Source: a virus
Lineage: Duplodnaviria > Caudoviricetes
Length of the DNA: 64,000 nucleotides
IMG/VR virus record: IMGVR_UViG_3300027969_000040
Direction: 5' to 3' (one strand)
The position numbers were made by a program, and so were the translations under genes. Of this stretch, positions 1-9,000 are shown one piece after another (the first letter of the stretch is position 1; each line of letters begins with the position of its first letter). The notes below the pieces were generated by a model, which saw only the letters and a list, made by a program, of their open reading frames with translations, was not told the DNA's origin and did not search any database.

Positions 1-1
1 A

Positions 2-268
2 CTAAGTTTAACCACACTTTCACAAGATTTATTAATCACAGACTTGACTATAACAGTGTCAGATGATACCAATCTTTTTGCGCCTAGTATTATTTCGATT
101 ACGCCTGGTTTGATATTTATAAATGGCGAACTCATTGAATATTACACTAAGAGTAACAATGTTCTTGGACAATTGCGCCGAGGAGTGGGCGGAACTGGAA
201 CACCCATGGTGCATTCATTGGGCGCCGTAGTTGAAAATGCCAATCTCCCTGGGTCGATGAGACTATAA
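2..268 (+). CDS. C-terminal end of a large virion structural (baseplate/tail) protein, truncated by window start
   Basis: Frame is open from base 2 to TAA at 268; the ...NGELIEYYTKSNNVLGQLRRGVGGT... tail is typical of large baseplate proteins of this phage type; structural genes follow. Confidence 0.5.
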   Translation, partial: LSLTTLSQDLLITDLTITVSDDTNLFAPSIISITPGLIFINGELIEYYTKSNNVLGQLRRGVGGTGTPMVHSLGAVVENANLPGSMRL

Positions 269-286
269 TAAACCTGGAAAAATAAG

Positions 287-442
287 ATGATAAATAATGA
301 TAATAATCAGTTAGATCAAGATTCTTTAAAGGAATCCAAAAAAGTAGAAACACCGGACGAAGAGCCCGGTATAGCTGTGCAAGGGTTTTTAAAAATATTT
401 GATCCAGAATCTGGAGAAGTTTTAACCCACGGTAGAGCTTAA
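287..442 (+). CDS. Small conserved virion-associated protein (51 aa), missing from the ORF track
   Basis: Hand translation MINNDNNQLDQDSLKESKKVETPDEEPGIAVQGFLKIFDPESGEVLTHGRA; fills the gap between two + genes and resembles the N-terminus of the next ORF. Confidence 0.6.
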   Translation: MINNDNNQLDQDSLKESKKVETPDEEPGIAVQGFLKIFDPESGEVLTHGRA

Positions 443-457
443 TAAATTTAAAGGATA

Positions 458-1087
458 ATGATGCAATCACACGAAACAATACAACCAGGAATACAAGGTT
501 TTATTAAAATATCCGATGTTTCGGATAGTTCTCGCCCTATTATTTTAGTTGAAAAGAAAAATGCAATACATTATGAAAATATCAGTGAAGCATTAGCAAT
601 GGGTTTGGCTAATAAATCTAGTAATTTCATATATGAAATGCATTTTGGAAATGGTGGGACTACAGTAGACCAGACTGGTATCATAAACTATTTGCCACCA
701 AATGTTAATACACAAAATTCCAACTTATATTCCCCTACTTTTTTTAAAACAGTAGACGATACAAATGAAACAAACACCGACCCAATCAGGAACAAACTCG
801 AAGTTCGTCATATTCCGGGCACAGTATATTCTGACATTCTGGTAACTTGTCTCTTAGACTACGGCGAACCAGCTGGGCAATTAGCATTTGACAATAGTCC
901 TTACAGTGAAGATACCTTTGTGTTTGACGAGTTGGGACTTAAAGGGTGGAGCGCAACTGGTGCAGGATTGGGAAAGTTACTAACACATGTTATTTTTCAC
1001 CCAGTCCAAAAAAGTTTAAATCGATTAATTCAAATTGAATATACAGTAAGAATACAATCGCTAACTAATTTAACAGGATTAGCATAA
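458..1087 (+). CDS. Conserved virion structural protein (baseplate/tail associated)
   Basis: 209 aa ORF in the structural operon; ...HFGNGGT...FDELGL...LLTHVIFHPVQKSLNRLIQIEYTVRI pattern. Confidence 0.55.
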   Translation: MMQSHETIQPGIQGFIKISDVSDSSRPIILVEKKNAIHYENISEALAMGLANKSSNFIYEMHFGNGGTTVDQTGIINYLPPNVNTQNSNLYSPTFFKTVDDTNETNTDPIRNKLEVRHIPGTVYSDILVTCLLDYGEPAGQLAFDNSPYSEDTFVFDELGLKGWSATGAGLGKLLTHVIFHPVQKSLNRLIQIEYTVRIQSLTNLTGLA

Positions 1088-1108
1088 TGATATATCTAAA
1101 TAAATGGG

Positions 1109-1114
1109 TAAATA
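1109..1114 (+). promoter_or_regulatory. TAAATA late-promoter-like motif (T4 TATAAATA type)
   Basis: TAAATA about 25 nt upstream of the ATG at 1139; the same hexamer precedes many other genes in the window. Confidence 0.5.
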
Positions 1115-1138
1115 CTAGTAACTCGGAGTTAAAGTTTT

Positions 1139-2350
1139 ATGGCATATAATATATACAAATCAAATGGCGATTTGTTATCTATCGTCGACGACGGCTTTGC
1201 CGATATAAATTCTGCTAGTGTTGCATTAATAGGAAAAAATTTCCCAGGGTATGGTCAATACTTTAATGAAAATTTTATTCGCTTAACAGAAAATTTTTCT
1301 AGTGATAACGCACCAGACAATCAATTGACTGGGCAACTCTGGTATCAAACTAGTACTAGTCAGTTAAAGATATGGAACTCAACTGAATGGGTGTCTGCCG
1401 GTAAGCCAAATATTGTCAATGACAATGCCAGTACCAATAGGCATTTTATAACGTTTGTTGATAGTTTTGGAGGAACTCCGGATTTTAAAGTTGCGGCAAA
1501 TAGAGGTATAACTTTTATACCAAGTTATGGTTTTTTTGGAATTGGCGTAGAAAATCCAATGTCCAAATTAACAATTAGTACCAATATTGGCGGCGCACTA
1601 GCAAGCCCTTCACCAAATACAAATACTTCGGTGCATACATTAGGCGATAATGGAAAAGATAATGTAGTTATCATTGAAAGTTATGGTGGTAATGGCCCAA
1701 CATATAATATTGGTAATTCTCCTGTTTTAGCAATGCGTAGAAATAACGGAACTGGTGCCGGCAGAGAAGCAGTTAGAGCCTCTGACGTAATTGGTCGCCT
1801 AGTAGGACAAGGATACAACGGAACTTCCGCAACTACAGCCAGAGTTGGTATTAACTTTGAGTCTCCTGAAAATTGGAGCGCAACTTCTACCCCTACCAGG
1901 ATAGTATTCTATACAACACCAACTGGTACTATAACATCAGCAAACGCAATGGGTATATTAAGTAACCGTACAGTGGAATGTTATGGTAATGTATCAATCC
2001 AACAAAATCTGACTACAACCGGGTTTATCAGAGCCGGCGGTGACGTAACAGCATACTATACATCCGACGAAAGACTTAAAACAAATATTTTACCTATAGA
2101 CAATGCATTGGCTAAAACTATGTCATTAAATGGTGTTACATTCAATTGGAACGACTTAGCAACAGATAAAGATTTAACTGTTAGAGAAGCTGGACTAATT
2201 GCACAAGATTTGTTAAAGATATTACCCGAAGCAGTCACAGAAAGAGACAATGGATACTTAGCAGTTCAATATGAAAAAATAATTCCGTTATTAGTTGAAG
2301 CTATTAAAGAACTTTCAGCTGAAATTAATGCTCTTAAAAAAACTGTTTAA
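1139..2350 (+). CDS. Tail fibre with C-terminal intramolecular chaperone (Peptidase S74 / ICD) domain
   Basis: C-terminal SDERLKTNILPIDNALAKTMSLNGVTFNW...GLIAQD...LLVEAIKEL is the S74 signature ending in a coiled coil; N-terminal MAYNIYKSNG anchor. Confidence 0.85.
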   Translation: MAYNIYKSNGDLLSIVDDGFADINSASVALIGKNFPGYGQYFNENFIRLTENFSSDNAPDNQLTGQLWYQTSTSQLKIWNSTEWVSAGKPNIVNDNASTNRHFITFVDSFGGTPDFKVAANRGITFIPSYGFFGIGVENPMSKLTISTNIGGALASPSPNTNTSVHTLGDNGKDNVVIIESYGGNGPTYNIGNSPVLAMRRNNGTGAGREAVRASDVIGRLVGQGYNGTSATTARVGINFESPENWSATSTPTRIVFYTTPTGTITSANAMGILSNRTVECYGNVSIQQNLTTTGFIRAGGDVTAYYTSDERLKTNILPIDNALAKTMSLNGVTFNWNDLATDKDLTVREAGLIAQDLLKILPEAVTERDNGYLAVQYEKIIPLLVEAIKELSAEINALKKTV

Positions 2351-2371
2351 AATTAAAATTGGAATACTAGA

Positions 2372-5300
2372 GTGACTATACAATCTTGGACTACTGAACC
2401 TTTAACATCATTGTCGTTGAGCGAGGTTCAACGAGAGTTTGGCGGAGTTAATCCGATTAGCATGAGCGAGTATCGGGCAACAACAGTTGGCTATGTTGGA
2501 ATTGGAAGGACTGGGTATCCGTTTGGACAAGAAGTAGAAATCCCCGGTCTTGGATATTCAATTTCAATTAGTAATTTTTACGGATCAAGTTCTGTTCCGT
2601 ATGCTATATATCCGCAAAAAGTTTCGTTTAACGAAGGCGAAACAATGACATTTACTGTTACTGCCCCAGTTAGTAACGGAACAAAATTGTATTGGACTTT
2701 TGATGATGTAACTGTAAATGTTGTTGTATCACCAGCCACGCTTGATATTGGATACAAAGATGTAGCATACAGTGTTCAGCTAGTAGGATCGGGCGGTATT
2801 GGAAACTATAGATACGCCATTGGAAGAGGATCGTTGCCGTCGGGCTTGACTTTGTTCACCGGAAATGGGTTAATAGCAGGCAGACCAACAGTTACAGAAA
2901 GTAAAACATTTCTTATAAACACATTTGATACTGAGTTTAATTCAAATGCATTTTTATATACTATAAGAATTGACGAAGTGTTAATTTCTATACTACCAAC
3001 TAGTTTTACCGCTGCTAGCAAAAATGTACCTTTTACATATTCTATTAATGTGTCCGGCGGTGCAACACCGTATATAATTACAGTAGATAGTGGTACTCTA
3101 CCTACAGGGGTGTTGTTAACGCCAATGACAGATACAAGGGCTGACCTGGGCGGAACTCCAAGTGTGCCTGGCACATACAATTTTGTAATTAAAGCGGTTG
3201 ATTCCAATGGTGCAACCAAAACTCGTGCATATTCTTTTGCTGTAAATGATGTTGGTATTAGTATTAACCCGGCAGCATTACCTGCCGGTGTTGTTAATAC
3301 TCCTTACAGCCAAATCGCATATGCATCAGGAGGTACAAGTCCGTATACATATACGTTAAATGCTGGGTCAGAATTACCTATAGGACTAACGTTGTCGGCT
3401 AACACAGGATTGATCAGCGGGTCTCCTACTATAGCAGGGTCAAGATCGTTTACAATAAGAGCAACAGATGTAAATACAAATTATGGTATTAAACCTTACA
3501 CAATAACCATTGGTGGTGCAAGTGTAGTTGTTTTACCTGGTGCAATTACTAATGTATTTAAAAATGTACCATTTAGTATGAACATAACTGGTGCAGGTGG
3601 TAGCGCACCGTACGTGTATTCTATTATATACGGATCTGTGCCAACTGGGCTAACTTTTTTCACTGGGAATGGGTATCTTGCGGGAACTCCTACTGTAACT
3701 GGCGCGTATGTTTTTGAAGTAAAAGCCACCGATGCAGTTACAAATTTTGCTACTAGACGTTACACTGTAATGTGTGTACAAGTTGTAATATTATTCGATC
3801 CACCATTCTTGCCAAGAGCCAAAACAAATGTACCTTATACTCAACCATTAATTGTGTCCGGGGGGCAATCGCCGTATTCTTTTGCTGTAACCGCAAATGC
3901 ATTACCGGCTGGAATTTCTTTAAGTAGTAATGGGATTATTTCTGGTACTCCCACTGCACCTGTTACGATCAATTCGTTTACAGTAACAGCAACAGATTAC
4001 AATAATAATACTAGCACAAAAGTATATGCACTACTAGTGGATCCTGTTGAAATAATTGTTCTGCCAGATCTTTTAACCGACGGGCTCACTTCTATACCTT
4101 ATTCTAGAAGTCTAGCATCATCGGGCGGAACTCCTCCCTACACTTATACAGTGGTGTCTGGTATTTTACCGCCTGGTATTACACTATCAAGTTCTGGTGT
4201 ATTGTCTGGAACACCCACTGTGGTTGATTTGTATAATTTTACTATACGATCAACTGATGCAAATACTAATTCATTGGTAAAAGCATATTCTTTAGCAGTA
4301 TTAACTAACCAATGGTCATTATCATTAATTGGTTATAGTGAAGGCGCAGTGTCGGGTTCCCCAATTACAGTCACTGAAGGTTCGGCACTAACTTACATAA
4401 TCAATTGGCCTACTAATGTACCAGAGATTGCACTATCACAATTAAGAATAGTCGGCCCTAAATTAACCGATGCGTCAGACGTTGAATTGGAAACAATTGA
4501 CGTGGTCACCGGTATATACAATTACGATGTTGGTTTTAGCAATGAATACAATATAACCGGAGCACCATTAAATTTAGCAAAATCAATCGGTAGCAGTTTT
4601 TATCTATCTAATAATTCTTTTTTCACATCAAACGGAATCAGATATGGTCTTTATAGAAAACCGGATGCCAATGGACTAAGCTATTGGGTTAGATATGCAC
4701 AAGATAATAATTTAGCCGTAAGTGATCAAGCCTTCATTGATGCTTTCTTTTTAAAAGCAGAATTAGGAACAGGGGCGCCTGGTACAATTCAAGATGGTAC
4801 TAGATGCTTAAACAATACAAAAACTTTGTCTGTTGGTTATTACGAAGGTACTGACTTTTTTGATAGACCCGATACCAATGGAAGATCAGGCATTGCTAGT
4901 ATACATATAGTTGCAGATCAATTATTAGAAGGTGCCGAATCTTTTAATGTTAAATTATTCTATAATAGCGCAGTGGTTTCTACATGGGGCGGAGTGAATG
5001 TATCTGATACATCAACTCCGCCACCACCCAGTATTATATTGAGTGATATTGCAACCACTGGTCAGAGAGGCGACTTATACGATAGTACCATTAGTGCAAC
5101 GGGCGGCACAAGTCCGTATACAATATCATTTATTGGGGGAGTAATACCAAATGGTCTTACACTAGGCCCCACAGGCAATTTATTTGGCCGACCATCTAGT
5201 ACAGGGACTTTTAGTTTTACGATACAAGTAATAGATACAGCAAATTATTCAGTCACTAGGATTTATACTATTAGCATTAGTGGTAAAACTTTAATACTAA

Positions 5301-6055
5301 CTCCAAGTTCTTTGCCTGATTTTTATCTAGTAGGTCCAAGTTTGTCTCCGTACTATAATTCACAATTAAGTACGTCGGGCGGCATAGGTGATTATACATA
5401 TCAGGTTGTTGCAGGAACTTTACCATACAACTTAACATTAACAGAACGTGGATTAATAACACCAAATGCCAATCCAGGGGTTGCTGCTACTTATACATTT
5501 ACTATAAGATCAACCGACTCATATGGTAATTCAATTGATCGTCAGTATTCTATTGTTGACCACGAAACAACAAATACGCCACCACCACCACCACCACCTA
5601 CTCCGGGACCAACGCCTCCGTATTACCCACCGTCGCCGTACACACCTGCCAATAGATTAACAATAAACGGGTCTGTCAGACTAACTGCCGCATATACTTA
5701 TGTAAATGAATCAGGGGTGGCACCAAGAGTTGGAGTATTTTGGACTGCTGGGCACAATACAGTGCCTTACACGTATCGTATTGTAAATCCACCGAGTGAA
5801 ATTACATGGACTATATCACAAGGAAATTTACCCCCTGGATATGAATTAGTACCGTCAGGATTTGGGGCAGTTGTAATACAAGGAATAGCAAATACAACAA
5901 CATATTGCCAATATGGTGATTGTACTCCTGGTAATTTGGTATACAGTCCTAATAACCCTCCTACATTTACTATAAGAGCAACCGCCGCAAATGGTGATTA
6001 TGGAACTCTAGTAGATGGAATATTTGTGTTTAAAACTAACGGATTCCCCTCTTAA
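2372..6055 (+). CDS. Giant virion adhesin/fibre with about 7 putative Ig (He_PIG/cadherin-like) repeats
   Basis: Repeated GGxxPYxy...GxLPxGLxL...GxIxGxPT...FxIxAxD units; Pro-rich linker near the C-terminus. Confidence 0.8.
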   Translation: MTIQSWTTEPLTSLSLSEVQREFGGVNPISMSEYRATTVGYVGIGRTGYPFGQEVEIPGLGYSISISNFYGSSSVPYAIYPQKVSFNEGETMTFTVTAPVSNGTKLYWTFDDVTVNVVVSPATLDIGYKDVAYSVQLVGSGGIGNYRYAIGRGSLPSGLTLFTGNGLIAGRPTVTESKTFLINTFDTEFNSNAFLYTIRIDEVLISILPTSFTAASKNVPFTYSINVSGGATPYIITVDSGTLPTGVLLTPMTDTRADLGGTPSVPGTYNFVIKAVDSNGATKTRAYSFAVNDVGISINPAALPAGVVNTPYSQIAYASGGTSPYTYTLNAGSELPIGLTLSANTGLISGSPTIAGSRSFTIRATDVNTNYGIKPYTITIGGASVVVLPGAITNVFKNVPFSMNITGAGGSAPYVYSIIYGSVPTGLTFFTGNGYLAGTPTVTGAYVFEVKATDAVTNFATRRYTVMCVQVVILFDPPFLPRAKTNVPYTQPLIVSGGQSPYSFAVTANALPAGISLSSNGIISGTPTAPVTINSFTVTATDYNNNTSTKVYALLVDPVEIIVLPDLLTDGLTSIPYSRSLASSGGTPPYTYTVVSGILPPGITLSSSGVLSGTPTVVDLYNFTIRSTDANTNSLVKAYSLAVLTNQWSLSLIGYSEGAVSGSPITVTEGSALTYIINWPTNVPEIALSQLRIVGPKLTDASDVELETIDVVTGIYNYDVGFSNEYNITGAPLNLAKSIGSSFYLSNNSFFTSNGIRYGLYRKPDANGLSYWVRYAQDNNLAVSDQAFIDAFFLKAELGTGAPGTIQDGTRCLNNTKTLSVGYYEGTDFFDRPDTNGRSGIASIHIVADQLLEGAESFNVKLFYNSAVVSTWGGVNVSDTSTPPPPSIILSDIATTGQRGDLYDSTISATGGTSPYTISFIGGVIPNGLTLGPTGNLFGRPSSTGTFSFTIQVIDTANYSVTRIYTISISGKTLILTPSSLPDFYLVGPSLSPYYNSQLSTSGGIGDYTYQVVAGTLPYNLTLTERGLITPNANPGVAATYTFTIRSTDSYGNSIDRQYSIVDHETTNTPPPPPPPTPGPTPPYYPPSPYTPANRLTINGSVRLTAAYTYVNESGVAPRVGVFWTAGHNTVPYTYRIVNPPSEITWTISQGNLPPGYELVPSGFGAVVIQGIANTTTYCQYGDCTPGNLVYSPNNPPTFTIRATAANGDYGTLVDGIFVFKTNGFPS

Positions 6056-6062
6056 TAAATAA

Positions 6063-9000
6063 TTGATTATGACCATTAAAGTATCAGACTTCGCATCGAG
6101 CTCGTTATCGGGAAATGTAGTTTTAACTGCTAAAACAGCTATATTTACTACAACAATAGTAGCAGATGGCTTTCCTGAAGGTGCAGCAAAAATAATTGCA
6201 AAACTCAGGAAAGATAGCGAAACTGGCAATGTTTTGGCAGCGTCTGATACTATTTTAATTAATGATAATAGTCAAGCTGGAACTGGTGTTGCTATTACGG
6301 TATTACCTTTTACATTAGTACAACCAATTAGATTGGTTGCATATTCGAGGCAATTAACAGGAGCCGGTGGCACAGCGCCATATCAATTTTCTTATACCGG
6401 AAGTTTGCCCACTGGTTTAGATTTGTTACCTAACGGAATTTTAACAGGAATTCCTTTAGAAGTAGGAGTATTTAATTTTACAGTAACCGCTACTGATGTT
6501 AATACAGATTTTGGTAGTACTGTTTATCAATTGGCTGTAACAGGGCCGGGAATATATTTATTCCCTGCAACACTGAATGCAGGGTATACAAATTTATTGT
6601 ATAATACATCGGTTGCTGCAACCGGTGGCCTTCCTCCTTATGAGTTTACTATATCTCAAGGTGCATTACCAACAGGTGTGGTGTTAACCCTAAGCGGTAA
6701 TTTTGAAGGAAAACCTCAGGATGCAGGGCCTGTTGCCATAGTAGTAACAGCAACCGACTCCAATGGTAATACAGGATCTAAATCTTATATTATTAATATA
6801 AATCGTATTAGTGTTGTAGTAAGTCCGCCTACTCTACCTCCGGCATTTAAAAAATTACCATACTCTCAAGCAATAACAGGAACCGGGGGTACACTTCCTT
6901 ATTCTTGGTCTGTTATAAGTGATGATACTTTTCCAACTGGGATATTGTTAGACCCAGCAACTGGGGTAGTATCAGGAACGACTGTTGTAGTGGGAAGTAA
7001 ATCGATAACTGTTAAAATTACAGATAAAGATGGAAATTATGGAACTGCAAATTATACATTTTTATCTAATGAAGTAAGCATTTACATTACTCCTAATACA
7101 GCTATACTTGCTTCTATACAAATAAACTCAACTTATAACCAGGTCTTAACAGCAACTGGTGGTGTTTATTTGCCCAATACAACTCCTTCGTATACATGGA
7201 TAGTATTTTCCGGCGCATTGCCGCCGGGAATTACATTTAACGGAGTAAGCGGTACACTAGCCGGAAGGCCAACTGAAATTGGCAATTACTCTTTTTCAAT
7301 TCAAGCAACAGATGGATATCAAAATAGCGGAACAAGATCGTACCTCTTTAATGTATTACCAGTTACTGTTACAGTTTCTCCTGCTGAGCTGGGTCTTATT
7401 ACCATTGGTGAACCATATACACAAGTATTTTCAGCAACGGGCGGCGAAGCACCTTACACTTATTCAGTACATGCAGGAACATTACCATCGGGTATAACAC
7501 TAAATCCAAATGGAACATTAACAGGCACTACTTATGTAACCTTAGAGCGTAATGTTACTATCAAAATAACTGACGTGAACGGAAATTTTGTATTAAAACA
7601 AATTAAAGCATCGGTTGCATCCGACCATTGGATAATAAGTTTAAAAAATGTTAATAGTGTTTCTTTGGAATCATATAGTGCTGCTGAATCATCTAACAAT
7701 CCTGGTAGTATTAATACTATTAATGAAAATGAATATGCAACTAGAGTTGTAGTTTCGTCAAGGTATTCGACTGGTAACGAAACATTGTATTGGAATATAG
7801 CACAAGCACCGGGTGTATCTGCACACCCGGTGGGAAATGATTTTGGGATAATTACGGCAAGTACTGTTACTAAATCTATATACGATTTTGATACGTCTTT
7901 TGCAACCGAGTTTTCTTTTAACGCTGGTCAAATAACTTTAGCTAAATGGATAGCAACAAATCTCTATCAATCAAATAGTACATTTAATACAGATACCGGT
8001 ACCAAATACGGATTATTTAGAAAACCCGATGCAGCCGGTTTAGCAAGTTGGGTACGAGGGGCAACGGTTAATAATTGGGGTGTTGGCAATGTAAGTTTAG
8101 TTAATCAGTTTTTTAAAGGAGTAAGCACAGAGCTCGATTATTCTAGGTCGTTAACTTCTAATAAAACACTTTTGTCCGACGCAAACCAGTCTGGATCAAA
8201 TTTCTATGACAGACCCGACAGCGTCGGCGGCACAATTATTACATTCGATCCGTACACTTACACAAACGGATATAGTCAAGAGTTTAATGTAGTAGGGGCT
8301 GATTTAACATTGGCCCAATGGATTGGTGCTAATTTGTATACATCAAATGATCAATTTACTACAAATTTAACCCCAGCAGTACGATACGGATTATTCAGAA
8401 ATCCAGACCTATTAGGATTAAACGGATGGGTTAATAGAGCAAAAGTAATGAGTTGGGGTGTCAATAATGCAAATTTAATAAATGAATTTTTTTCTAACGC
8501 AGCAATAAGTGCGCTCGACGGCCCTAGATCACTAACAAACAAAAAAGATTTTATTGCAGGTCATTCACCTGGTGACGTATTTTATGATCGACCAAATAAA
8601 ACTGGAATGCTTGCACTGTCAGCCGTTGCAGATTCAACTACAGAAGGCGCTGAGCAGTTTATTGTAGAAATAAGACAAAATAGTTTAACAGGCCCAGTTG
8701 TTGCTGCAACCGATAATATCACTATTGCTGATAATAGTACGGCTAGTTCAACAGTTTATAATAATGATGCAATTGGATTTAGAAATTTTATTTACAGAGT
8801 AAGTGAAGGTGACACATTAAATTTTGAAGTGTTAGCACCTGGAAATGTACCAATTTCTGCACTGACTACTAATTTAACTCAGATAACAGTTTCTACTCCG
8901 TCTACAGCAACTCTTCCGGATTTTGTTGTAGGTACAAAAACTGTTCCAATGGTTGGAAGAGTAGGACTAGCAAGTCTGACAGTTGTGGCAGATATGTTAA

